NCBI RefSeq assembly: GCF_006345805.1
Contig: NC_043001.1
Location: 51,460,001 to 51,524,000, forward strand
DNA length: 64,000 nt
Direction: 5' to 3'
Origin: Octopus sinensis
Taxonomy: Eukaryota
The position numbers and the translations under genes are program-made. Numbering within the stretch: the stretch's first letter is position 1; each line of letters opens with the position of its first letter. The notes under the pieces were generated by a model. The model was given only the letters and a program-made list of their open reading frames with translations, searched no databases and had not been told where the DNA came from. Below are positions 35,108-47,869 of this stretch, piece by piece.

Positions 35108-35746
35108 ATTGGATGCTTTATGATAACTGTAAACGATCGGGTCAATGGCTTGATCGTTATGAGTCCCCCAAACATTTCCTAAAGTCAAAGTTGCATCAGC
35201 AAAAGATTATGATGACTGTCTGGTGGTCTTCAATTGGTGTTGTCCATTACAACTTTCTGGAAGCCAATCAGAGCATTACAGCAAAGGTTTACTGCAATCA
35301 ACTCGCTGAAATGCATGCTCACCTGCAAAAAATGAGACCCACAGTGGTGAATCGGCGTGGCCCAATTCTGCTCCACGATAATGAAAAGCCACATGTTGCA
35401 AAAATGACGCTTCAGAAACTCATGGAGTTGGGATACGAGACTTTACCACATCCTCCTTATTCTCCTGATCTTTCACCTACTGACTACCATTTTTAAACAT
35501 TTAAACACGTTTTTAAGTGATAAAACTTTCAGGTCCATACCAGAGGCGGAATCAACTTTCAACGATTCCTTAGCATCAAAGCCAACAAGTTTTTATGTAC
35601 GAGGCATAAATAATCTCGTTGATCGATGACAGAGATGCATAGATGTTCACGGGTCATACTATGATTAATCAAAGCATTTCTAGTGTTAATTTTTCCAGAA
35701 TAAAATTATGTTTCTGAAGTCGGCCATTATTTTCGGAACAACCCAA
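35108..35746 (+). mobile_element. Mariner DD34D transposase 3' half with right TIR
   Basis: WMLYDN...KIMMTVWWS...LLHDNEKPHV...LPHPPYSPDLSPTDYHF, with TIR ATTATTTTCGGAACAACCCAA|TA. Confidence 0.92.
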
Positions 35747-35840
35747 TATATTAAGATTGTAAATAAAATGTGAAAATCAAAGTTGGAATTTCTTTGAGTA
35801 TTATTTTATTCTATACACAATCATGCACACCGTGTATATA

Positions 35841-35899
<59 letters not shown>

Positions 35900-36208
35900 C
35901 ATACACACAAACACACTTACACACACATATATATATACATGTATACACATGTGTGAATGTGTGTGTGTGTGTGTAAACGTGTGTATATATATATACGCAT
36001 ACATACATTTATGTATGAATATACAGATATATATATGTAAATATATATGTGCACATATGCATATTTATGTATGTATATATATATACATATATATATATAT
36101 ATAATACTTAATCATATCAAAAGGAAATGGAAATTAATAGAAATTTTCACTTCCAGTGGCCCAACGTGTAAAAATTTAGTCCAAAGCCTATGTATTACTC
36201 ATAAAATA

Positions 36209-36849
36209 CAGTGTACATTTAAACACATAAGGAATCCACTCGTGGGAATCAACACGCTAGAAAGAACAACTAGGTTCTAAAACCACAAAATTAGGGATGA
36301 AATACGACAGGAACGAAATGAAAAAATAAAAACATTTTACCATCTAGTTTCCTGGACCAATTGGTTTCTGATTTTAGTTTAGTAAATAAATAATATTTAC
36401 TCGCTAGGGGAAATCTTTCTCAACAAGTACACCTTAGATTAAATATATAGACACGAGGCGATCAACTATGTGCCTCTTGTTTATACAGCCTAATTTTTTC
36501 AAAATCTACAGTCACAGCCCTTCGCCGGCAATAAAAAAATGCCAACTTTTAAAATCCTTTCGGAAATTAGGATGTATAAACAAGAGGCACATAGTTGATC
36601 ACCTCGTGTCTATATATTTAATCTAAGGTGTACCTGTTGAGAAAGATTTCCCCTAGCGAGTAAATATTATTTATTTACTAAACTAAAATCAGAAACCAAT
36701 TGGTCCAGGAAACTAGATGGTAAAATGTTTTTATTTTTTCATTTCGTTCCTGTCGAATTTTATCCCTAATTTAGTGGTTATAGAACCTAGCTCTTCTTTG
36801 TAGCGTGTTGAATCCCACGAGTGGATTCCTTATGTTTAAATGTACACTC
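36209..36849. mobile_element. Fold-back MITE with ~285 bp TIRs and TA duplication
   Basis: TA|CAGTGTACATTTAAAC ... TTTAAATGTACACTC|TA. Arms 36209-36497 and 36564-36849 are ~93% identical by eye. Confidence 0.85.
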
Positions 36850-37039
36850 TATTATATATATATGTATATATATATATATATATATACACATACATATACA
36901 TACATATATGTGTGCGTGTGTGTTTGTATGTTAGAAATATAGGAAAAATAGAAGTTGAAAATGCACTGAGAATAGTTTAAATATTTTAAAGTCATATTTA
37001 AACATTTAACCAATTTCACACTTTACATTGATTTTCAAC

Positions 37040-37309
37040 GCTAAGTTACAGGGACGTAAATACACCAGCATCGGTTGTCAAGCAGTGTGGAGAGCAAACT
37101 CAGTCACAAAGACATACGTGCACGCACGTATACACACACACACACACACACACACATAAATATATATATACGAAGGGCTTCTTTCAGTTTCTGTCTACTA
37201 ACTTCACTCATAAGGCTTTAGTCGGCCCGAAGTTATAGTAGAAGCTACTTGTGAAAGATGCTATGTAGTGGGACTGAACCCGGAACCATGTGGTTGGGAA
37301 GCAAGCTCC
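37040..37309 (-). mobile_element. SINE family A copy missing its first ~25 nt (interrupted by Tx1-like LINE A)
   Basis: The minus strand begins GGAGCTTGCTTCCCAACCACATGGTTCCGGGTTCAGTCCCAC immediately after the LINE AATAAA tail. Confidence 0.85.
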
Positions 37310-40061
37310 TTTATTTCATAAATATTTGCCATAAAGTCATTACAAAGAGGGGACAAACAAGGACAGACCAACATAAAAGGGTGAGGAAGCTACTATATTG
37401 ATTAAAAGATTAGTCTCGAATGATAAATGATCTAACGAATAATGATACACTTTATGATACAATATATACAATTTAAAAATTTAACGTTCATTGCGATTTG
37501 CAGTGGATTCCATAAAGGAAAGGCATCTGACCACCTGGTTAGAACCTTTACTTTTTTATCCTGAATGCACTTACCTGGTGCCAATCGCACCCAACTTGCT
37601 TACCACAGGCGTCCATCTTTTCACAAATATATCTCGTGATAGACACCTCTACTCCAGCCTGATCTGACTACTGAAGTGGTAACTAAAGATGTTGACCAAC
37701 CCCTGACCAGAGACAAAGGTACCTGTCACTATGCCTTTCACACGCATCTTCCATACTGTTTCTTTCAGTATGGCTACTACGCAGAAAAAATAAGCCTTCC
37801 TTCCCCTGCTAAGAGAAGGAGGTGGCACAATCTCAAGAATAGACTCAGCTGATATATGTACTCTTCCCATCACTGACAACAGTTGTTCGACAAAAGCTAT
37901 CAGTCCCGATAATTCTGGTCACTCCACGAATGCGTGCAAGAGGATTTCCCTATCTTGCCCACATCACGGGAATGTTGGCGAGACGGCACTTCCTTGCTTT
38001 GATAGCTTGTCACGAACCGGTAGCGCCGCACGGAAGCTCTGCCAAGCCAGGGATTTCTGGTAATTATCCAGATACCCCGACCCGAATGTTCTCCTGAACA
38101 GGTTGATTAACTGATTTTCATCGTAGACCAGAAAAGGTTTGTAGACTGTCCAGTTTGGTCTCTGTAGCAACCATTACATGTATATCGTGTGATCTGAGGT
38201 CGTCGAGAAAGCTTGCTTCCACTTCAAATTCAGACCACGCACATTCAAACAACCAAGGTTAAGTGCAGTCATTACTTACTCTTTACGGGTGACGTTGGGG
38301 CTGACCTCACCACACGTGTGTCAGCCCATCCCTCCTCCTTCTTTAGATAATTTGGCAGATCAAAAATTCTCCATATTGCCTGTATAGAGTTTCCCCTGTC
38401 CTGGCACATCTCTCCTTAAGGTCCTTGTGCATAGCATAGTATTGTCGTGTGGTGCGTTTCCAGTGTCATTTATATATTTATTTCGCGTATCAAACTCGAT
38501 TAGCACCGGTTTATCTTTTTTTCTGGGACAACTGGGTGGGGTCTTTTTTCCTGTCTGTGGTGCTAAACATTTATTACTTTTTGTAGGGGATACGGATGTG
38601 GATGGTGCATGCATTCTCTTTCGCACAACAGTATAATCCTCCTCTGCTACCTCCATGGTGTCGTCTGGGGGAGTTGCACTTTTTCCTTTTGGTGCCAATA
38701 AATTCAAGGGGGCGGGTATTTTTGTTTTTGTTGGGGTTCGTGTGTGCAAAGTTTGGGTTTTTGAGGTGTTTTGTTTAGGGACCGGCACCGCAGTTGGGGG
38801 AGTGGGAACTTTTACTTGTGTGGGGACTGATGTGTGTGTGTAGGCTTGGGACAAATTTTGGGGTTTGTGTAAGGCCTGGTATCTGCGCCATTTTGTCTTT
38901 TCTTTTTTCTCTCTCTTCACAGTCTATACGAATGTGGCCCTTTTCCCCACATTCGTAACAGGTGGGCTTCCTACTCTCCACCTGAATTCTAAGGGCCAAA
39001 TTCTCGCCCACGAGCACTGCCTCAGGAAGCATTTGAATATTCTCCTGCGACCCCTGAACAATTTCTGAAATGCTCTGCCCGAGCCAATTCTGGGGGCGGG
39101 GAGGGGAAGAGCATGTAATTTGGAGGAATTTTATTCTGTCCTCCCTGTTAAACAACAGGGCGTCCATAACCTCCTTCGGATCGATCTCCGGTGGTACTTC
39201 TGTCACCCTCACACGGGAAGTGCGTCTTCCCATGTATGTCGGCAGAAGCACCACGCTTTGTCTTCAGGGGGCACACGGAGTACCCGCGGGCCCCTCTTCA
39301 GTTGCAAAACAGACCTCAATGGTTCCACATGCTTGTCCCCTTGCAATATAGTCTACGTCTTTCCATATTGGTGACAGGTACTTCTCAATTTTTTCTTTTT
39401 CAAAGTGCTTAAATCTTCTGTTCTGCGGACAGAAAGATTTAAATACTACAGTCTTTCGTTCAGTTTCTTTAACATTGGAGGAGGGTGATATTTTTACATC
39501 ACCGTCTCTTTCTTCATTCTTCCAAAAAATTCGTTTAATCTATCCACAGGGACATCAATAATTTCGGTTGCCCCCGCGTCAACCAACGAAAACATTTTTA
39601 TCGGTTCAACACTTTCTGCATTACTCTCTACGAGAGTACATTTCTCATGAATTATTTCGACCGACATTATTCGGTCGAAATTAACTCCATAAAGCAACAA
39701 ATCGCAAAAATTAAATTAAATGGTTTTCCACCAAAAAATGGGAAACCTATAAATTTTTTTCCCTCACAGAGGACAACAGTTCAAATCCCACCCCCGTTCA
39801 GGGGAGGGACACAAAAATTAGACTGCAAAGACTAAACACAGTTCAACAACTTTTTTAAAATGTCCGTAAAAAATATTGCCACAATAGCCAAACAAATATT
39901 AATTAACAATTTTTATTCCCCGGTAAAACCGTAAATTAGTAGTTCAAACAGAGTCCAACAATAACGATGGTAACAATCCAACAGTACAAGTAAACAGAAA
40001 TCCAACGAAATAGTAGTAAAATATCCTACCAGTACAAAAAACACGAACCACCTCGTACAAT
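37310..40061 (-). mobile_element. L1/Tx1-clade LINE copy A, 5' end intact, large internal ORF2 deletion
   Basis: ORF1 remnants (VLLPTYMGRR, zinc knuckle CYECGEKGHIRIDC), endonuclease start (LNLGCLNVRGL), and ORF2 C-terminus (YQKSLAWQSFRAALPVRDKL). 14 bp flanking duplication. Confidence 0.85.
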
Positions 40062-40075
40062 GGGAAGCAAGCTTC

Positions 40076-43000
40076 TTTATTTCATAAAAATTTGCCATGT
40101 AGGCATTACACAGAGGGGACAAACGAGGACAGACAAACATAACAGAGTGAAGAAGCTTTGTCGATTAAAAGTTCTGTTTTAAATGAACGGTGAAATGCGA
40201 TTAAAAATTGCGATTACAATAAAAATTTAAAATCCGATGATTTCACATTGCCACGTGCAATGCATCTCCTGAAGGAAAGGCACCCGACCACGAGTGTGGA
40301 ACCTTTGCTTTTCTTCCGGGGCTCCACTTACCTGGTGCCACTCACTCCCGGCTTTCTTGCCACAAGCTTCCATCTTTTATCGAATCTTTCTTGTGACAGA
40401 TACCTCTACCCCAGCCTGATTTTACTGCTGAGGTGGTAACTAAAAAAGCTGACCAACCCTTGGCCATTTAGGTACCCGTCACTATTCCTTTCATACGCAT
40501 CTTCCATTCTGTTTCTTTCAGTATGGCTACTACGCAGAAAAGCAAGCTTTCTTCTCCCTGTTAATGGAAGTAGGCGGCGCAATCTCGATGATAGACTTAG
40601 CTAATAGCTGTACTCTTTCCATCGATGACAACAGTTGTTCTGCGAAAGCTATCAGTCCCGATAATTCCGGACACTTCACAAATGCGTGCAAGACGGCTTC
40701 CCTGTCCTCTCCGCACCATGGACATGTCGGCGATACGGCACTTCCGTGCCTTGACAGTTAATTGCGAACAGGTAACGCCGCACGGAAGCACTGCCAAGCC
40801 AGGGATTTCTGGTAATTATGCAGATATCCCGGCCCGAAAGCTCTCCTCAACAGGTTCATTAACTGATTTTCATCATAGACCAGGGTCTCCCACAATGCGT
40901 CTTCGAATATAATCTCCACTAACCCACTATAAAAATCCGAAGTAGAACTCCTGCTGCCGGCATTGCCCGCCTGAGAGAGCAACTGAAGTGCCTAACGGCA
41001 CTCCAATTGTCAGTACCCCAGCCTAGGTGTCTGCTTGATCCATGTACCAATGTCCGTTTAGGACGTTAACTGCGGAAGATAGAACCAAACGTGCGGTGAC
41101 CAGACCTGCTCTCCAACCAGGTAAAGCCAGAGGTGCCTCAACCGTAACGCGAATTTTCGCATCTTCAGCCAAAGCATCCCTAACCCACCCTTTAGCGGCT
41201 TCTGGCAGCAGACAGAGCACTTCACAAGTGACTTTCCTCCCTTCCACAAAAAGTGGAAAAGGATTCTCTCCAACTTGTTCAGCAACAAATCGGGGTAAGG
41301 CACCACGGTCAGACGGTAGGTGATTACTGATGCTATAAACATCTGCACCACCTCCACCCTCCCTAGCAAGGATAATGCCCGCCCAGACTAGATATGGGTT
41401 AGAGTAGTCACCTTGCTGGCCACCTCACTCCAATTTTCTCTATTTGGGGGGTCTGGACCAATCCAGACTCCGAGCAGCTTAACAGAACCTACCGTCCAAC
41501 GCCCCACGACGTTATTGGACGCCATCGGCTTGCTCCTCCAGGAGCTAAGTTTGCTCCTGCCACCGCCTGGTAACTTTTGATGGCCTTTTCCACCACTGGA
41601 AGCTAGCTCTCATCCACCACGATGATAGAGATGTCATCCACATACGCCATAGCTCCTCTTCCATACCATAGATCATGTGGAGCGCCCCCTAGTGCCTCCA
41701 ACTTCCGCAGCAATAGCTCAGGAGCCAGTACATACAAAAGCGGAGGTAGGGGACATCCTTGACGCACTGAACGCTCATTCCTGAATAGCTTCGCAAAGAA
41801 ATCATTCACTTTCATGACAGACTCGATATCGCTGTTCAACGCAGCAATCCAACCGCGGAAGGTCTGACCCAGGCCAGCCTTGGTGAGGACTGCCGCCAAG
41901 TACCGATGGTCGACCTTATCAAATGCATTAGACTGGTCTAAATGTACCAGTGCCCTTCCCTGCGCCAGAAAGTTTCCTCACCCTCTCTAAAGTGTAGAGT
42001 ATAAGGTGGAAATTGTCGTGGATCGACCTGCCCGGGATAGCGCCTTTGCGCTTCCCTCACAAGTCTGTCCACGTCTCGTGCCAACCCTTTCGCTAGCACC
42101 TTGGCCAAAATCTTTAACTTTGTGTTCAACAGAGTTATGGGCCTGAAATTTCCTATTTCGTCCTCCTTGCTCGGGTCCTTCCTGATCAATGTCACCACCC
42201 CTCAGCTCGCAGACTTGGAAATTCTCCTATTCTGCTGACAGTTGGCGTAGACACTGGCCAGCAGGTGTCCGAACAAGGCTGTCATGCTTCTATAAAATTC
42301 ATAGGGTAGACCATCGAGATCCGGCGACTTGTCCCTTGGGCATTCGCCTAGTACCTCGATCACCTTCTCGGCTGTGATTGGACCTTCACAGCACTCATGC
42401 TCTCGTGCCGATAAACACAAGTCGCCATACAGGAAGTCCCTAAGGGCTTCACCATAATCCAGCGTCCCGCCCCTCCCGAACAACTCGGCGAAGTGCTTGT
42501 AAAGTGCCTCACACATCTCGTCCTGTCCCTTGACCGAACTCCCATTGTCCTCAACAAGAGACCGTATTGTGGCAGCATTGCCACGATGGATTTCTACCGT
42601 ATGAGTCTATCCAGCAACATTAATTCCCTCACGGCCCAATGCGCGTACTTTAGCCCGAACTCTGCACCCCCCATGTTTGGCTTTGCGGTGACGGTCCAAG
42701 GCCGTTCTCGCTGCCAGAATGTGGGATGCAGAGCCCAATCTCAACGCCTCCTCTAAGTCCTTAACTAGCTGTCCTTCTGTTCTTGCCTTATCTAGTCTTA
42801 GCTGGTAGCTAAATGTAACAGACTCGAAACGAATGACTCTCTTGAGGGCGAACCACCACCGGTTATTAACCACAGCGCCGGTAAATGCCCTCTGTACTAG
42901 TTCCTTAATCCGGTTACGGCATGCCTCGCAAGTCAAAATAGACTTGTTCAGCTTCCAGTAGCCGGATCCTCTCTCAAATGTCCTATCTATGTTCGGCATA

Positions 43001-45064
43001 CACTTAACCATTCTATGGTCAGTGTAGGTCACCTGAACAAAAGTGTGGACAACTAAAGCTATCCTTATCTCTAGCTCTTATGATTATCCTGTCTAAGACT
43101 TGAGCCTTCCGTCGCCATTAATCCAGGTTCACTCTGGGACGTTCGGATGGTCAAGCCTGTAACGATCTGCTAGCTGAAAGCCTACGAGGCGTGAGTTCGC
43201 TTTCCTACTAGTCGAGCCAACGCTATCGATGCGCGCGTCAACGACGTCACGAGAAAGATCTCAAGGCGCCGATAAAAATCAGTTTGTAATCCTCTAGCAC
43301 AGGGTGTGTAGATTCCGATCAACCTGAAGGCTTTACTGCTGTATGTCACATGAAGGACGACCAGCCCACCTTTATGGTCCACATAGACTGTACTTGTCTG
43401 CAGAGCCAAGCCTTTTCGGATCAGTACAACTATACCCCCTCGACCTCCGGGCTGGCTAGGTGACATGATTTTCTCGTAGCCATTCAGGAGGGGTGAGAAG
43501 GTTTGTAGACTGTCCAGCTTGGTCTTTGCAGCAACCATCACATGCATATCGTATGATCTGAGGTCGTCGAAGAAACAGGCTTGCTTCCACTTCGAGCTCA
43601 AACCACGCACATTCAGACATCCAAGGTTAAGTGTAGCCATTAAAACAATGGGGAAAAAGCAAGGGTTCTACTTACCCTTAACTGGTGATGCTGGGGCTGA
43701 CCTTACCACACGTGAGTCAGCCCCTTCCTTCTCCTCCTTCTTCAAGTAACTAAGTAGGTCCCAAATCCTCCATATGGCCTTTGAATGCCTATCCTTCAGT
43801 TGCTTGAATAGGGTTTCCCCTATCCAGGTACACCTCTCGTTCATACTCCTATGTTGAGGGTACAACTTTGCTGTGTGGTGTTTCGTAATCACCTCGTCCA
43901 TGTAAAGATCTTTGGTATTATATTTTACCAAAATGGTATCGTCTCTTCTTTTTTCTGGGGCGATGGAGCGGGGGTCTTTGTTTGGTAATTTGTGGTAACG
44001 TTCTGCGTTTTCCTGTGGGGGATATGGATGGGGAAGGTCCATGTGTTCGTTTCCGAACTGTCAAGAACTCTCCCTCAGCCACCTCCATAGTGTTGTCTGA
44101 GGGAGTTGTATTCTTTTCACCAACAACAGATGCCTCAGGTTTCAAGGGGGTGGGCAATTTTATTTTTGTATGGGCTTGTGTGTGCAGGGTTTGGGTATTT
44201 TCGTTGGTTTGTTTGGGGGACGGCACCGCAACAGAAGGGGGTGGGAGTGTTTCTCTTTGTCGGGACTGGTGTCTGTGTGGTCTTGGAGTTGTTTTTCACA
44301 GATGTAGGGCCTCGTATCTGTGCAAGATTGCCACTTTTCCTTTTTTCTTCTCTCTTTTTCCTTTCTTCGCAATCGAAACAAATGTGGCCCTTCTTTCCAC
44401 ACTCATAAGAGGTGGGTTTCTTTCCCTCCACTTGTATTTGAAGGGCTACATTCTCCCCCACGAGCACCCCTCTGGAAGCCTTTCTATGTCTTCCGGTGCC
44501 CCCTTAATTATGACTGAAATGCTCTGTCTCAGCTAGATTTGGAGAGCAGTGCATGTTATCTGCAAGAATTTTATTTTTCTGTCCTGTTGAACAACAGGGC
44601 AGCCATCACTTCTCGTGGGTCTATTTCTGGCGGCACTTCTGTCACCTTTACACGGGAAGTGCGCCTCCCATGTAGGTTGGTAGAAGCACCACCTCCTTTG
44701 TTTTCAGAGGGCTCACAGAGTACCCGTGGGCCTTCTTTTCGGTTGTGAACCTGACTTCGATTGTCGCATATGCCTTTCCCCTTGAGATATATGCAATGTC
44801 CTTCCACATAGGGATCAAGCATTTTTCTATTATGTCCTTTCGAAATGTTTGAACAGCTTGCTCTCGGGACAATAGGATTTAAATATAACAGTTTTCCTTT
44901 GTGTCTCTATTGCATTGGAGGTGGGTGATATCATAATACCACAGTCCTCCTTCATTCTTTCGAAGTATTCCTTCAGTTTTTCGACTGGCATATCAATAAT
45001 TTCAGTTGCCACCGCGGAAACTGCCGAAAATGTTTTAACAGTGTTAATGTTGGCATCTCTGCCA
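40076..45064 (-). mobile_element. L1/Tx1-clade LINE copy B, near full length, degenerate
   Basis: ORF1 with CX2CX4HX4C (SYECGKKGHICFDC), APE endonuclease (LNLGCLNVRGL...TDHRMV...GYWKLN), RT (FRPITLLNT, DQSNAFDKVDH, SVRQGCPL, AYVDDI) and a C-terminal C..C...E...H...C. 3' tail ...GAAATAAA. Confidence 0.9.
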
Positions 45065-45450
45065 GCATCTTTATCCAGAGCTTTAACAAATTGCTTCATG
45101 ATGTCTAATTTGATAAAGAGTAGTGGCAGAATGATTTTCCTCGGTTTAAATAAAGGCTTTTCAACCACATAAAAAAACCTTGGAACTAATGTACGCTATG
45201 ACCATTCTTTGATTACCCATCGTTTTTCCCTGGTTCTTAATAGAATAACGTATAAATCGAAATAAACTAAATTTCCCAAGTAAACATTGATTTTTTCTGA
45301 AAATGAGGAAGATTGTGAAATTTGGGTGGGGGATATCTTGAAATCTAGATGTCATGGTAAAAAAATGAATTACTTTTTGGTGTTCAGAATATCGAAAAAT
45401 CTTCAAATCAGTTACGACACGCCCTGACAACAGCCTACTTGTTGAATTGT
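45065..45450 (-). mobile_element. Chapaev-like (CMC) transposase fragment, N-terminal side of a break
   Basis: KPLFKPRKIILPLLFIKLDIMKQFVKALDKD matches the PL..P.KI.LPPLHIKLGLMKQFVKAL motif as I recall it for Chapaev3. The 45450 boundary is approximate. Confidence 0.6.
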
Positions 45451-45626
45451 GTAGTCAGTGGATTTAAGACAATCTACTGTACTATGATTAGCAATAAATT
45501 TGCTATTATAAATATCAAAAGTAATGGAAAATCAGGAAATGCGGATATACATTGCGAATATTTTATGCATGAATGATATAGATTACATGTTGACTACGGA
45601 CGAATGCTAAAAGAAAAGAAATCGAA

Positions 45627-46037
45627 GCAGGCTCAAGTGCAGCTGTGTGGTAGGAAGCTTGCTTCCGGTCACACGACGTGGTTGTGTTTTTTATGCTGGT
45701 AAGCGTTTTGCTATTATAGGATTCCGTTTTTGTTTGGGATTGTTATCGTTGTTGTATTTCTTGAACTTTATTTTTACTACACCCCGGTATACCGGGAAAT
45801 AGGAACTGTTTGATATATTTCTGTGGCCATTGTGGCATTGCCTTTTTGGAATTTTGTGTAAAAATTCGAACTGTTTTAAGTCGTTTTAGACTTTGTTTTT
45901 GCGACCCGCCCCTAACAGAGATGGGATTGGAACTGTTATCCTCTATTAGAGGAAAATTTATTATAGGCTTCCACCCTAAGTGGAAGTAATATCTTCTGTT
46001 GAACATTTTCTGTAAACTTTGAAAAGCCGTTGTTGGC
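45627..46037 (+). mobile_element. SINE A head plus target duplication plus Tx1-like 5' UTR (inverted 5' end of LINE B)
   Basis: GCAGGCTCAAGTGCAGCTGTGTGGTAG-GAAGCTTGCTTCC-GGTCACACGACGTGGTTGTGTTTTTT..., homologous to the LINE A 5' UTR at 39700-40061 (minus). Confidence 0.75.
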
Positions 46038-46470
46038 TTTATTTTTATAAAATGCTTTCACTATATTTGCTGCACATCTCCCAGTCTGAGTAGTAAAAAG
46101 ATAAAAGCTGGAATGTTTGATGGGTCTCAAATAAGAAAATTGATGGAAGATGGGAAGTAAATTCAATGAATTGCATTGAAGCAGCAGCATATAATTCATT
46201 TGTAAATGACTTTCTGAGCAACAAGAAAGCAGCTAACTCTGTCGAAATAGTCGACAGCATGCTGGAGAACTGCAAAAGTTGAAAGCAAATATGAGTATAA
46301 AACTGCAGTCTTCACAGTGACCTTGATAAATTCCTTGAACATCTTAGTGACACAAGTGACAACCAGGAAAAACATTTCTATCAGGATATAAAATCAATTG
46401 AACAAAGGGTATGAAGGCAGATGGTAATTGCATATGATGGCGAACTATTGCTGGAACTAGGAAAAAGCAA
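46038..46470 (+). mobile_element. Chapaev-like (CMC) transposase fragment, C-terminal side of the break
   Basis: CFHYICCTSPSLSSKKIKAGMFDGSQIRKLMED...FLSNKKA...SDNQEKHFYQDI...YEGRW...MMANYCW matches the GIF.GPQIR...SDE.GERFHQDI...RYQGRW...MADYCW motif. Confidence 0.7.
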
Positions 46471-47869
46471 TTTCTATGTTTGTATATTTTCTTGCAGCAT
46501 TTTTAGGAATATGGATTTACCAGGATGAGAGGATTCCAAGTCTCCTCGCTCCTACCCTTTTTAGTCGCCTCTTACGCCACGCATGGAATACGGTGACTGC
46601 ATTCTACCGATCCTCACTCCAGTCGCAGTGGGGTTTGCTAGTTAACCCACAGCTGGGACCCTTACAGGTACCACCACTCCGGGCCAGAGTAGACCTGGGA
46701 TCAATACTGACTAAAAGGTGGTTCCACACTCCTCAAACCCAGAAACCATGGCCCCAGGCTCCCACTATTGGATGTAGTTTATAGTCATAACCAGGAATTT
46801 GAGGTGGGAAATGAATGGAATGCCTGGTGTATGTCTTGCTGCGGCTATCCCCTCCTAAAAAATGGTGACTAGGCCTGGGTATATGATATGATGATGCTTG
46901 CATATCATGCCTATGTCTGTATGTATTTATGTTATGCTTTGTTATTCATAAGCTGTTTTAGTGACAAAATACAATGAAATTCTGTAGATCCTGCATCACT
47001 AAGTCTTGATACGATAGTTATAAATGGATGTCATTTTCGGATTCTGTGTCTCAAAAAATTAGTTCGGGTTCACATTTTTTGACAACAGAAAAGGAAAAAA
47101 AAAAAAGATGTTGGCCTGTGCTATTCTATCGACCACAAATATATTAAATGAGAAAAAAATAAATAAAAGGTAAAATTCAAGGCAAGGTTCGTTTGTTTCT
47201 GATCCCCGATATCAAAATACTCTCATTGACTCTTCTTTCTATATTACATTTCAGTTTATCCCAGTCAGTTTTATGTGTTACATTTCTATATATTGATTTT
47301 CTATCAAGATTAATATAAATTTAAAGAATTATGACAATCAGTAGTTTTGCCGTAACCTTATTCCTCACCGTCGATCTCATGCCTCTCTCTAAACATCTGG
47401 CGTATGTAGCATAATGTACATGCGCACATACTCATTATGAAGAACACGTACACATACAAATATAAGCGTATATGTATACATGTATATATGAAAGTATGCA
47501 TTAGTCGGAACTTCTGAGAAAAAAAAAACTTCCCTACTGCTGGATTACTTAAGACAAATCATGAAGCAGATTAAATCTTTTACACCGATTATATCTCCAA
47601 TACAAGACATTTTAACACTGAATTTGGTGTGAGAATATTCAGACGACAATCCCTGATTTTCAACTGTATCTATCTCAAAATATAGATTTTTTTCTTAAAG
47701 ATTTTATTATAACATGGCATTGAAAAGATACGGTAAGTGTGTGATTTCATTTCTTTCTTTCTTTCTTTCTTTCTTTCTATTTGTTTTATATATTTCGTTT
47801 TCTCGTTGTACAAATATCTAAAGAATTCTGTAGTGAGATGTACATTATTATATAATACATCATTTAAGA

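Noticed and set aside
44830-45168. 112 aa ORF as the genuine start of LINE ORF1
   Set aside because: The first ~35 residues are Chapaev-like transposase joined at an inversion breakpoint.
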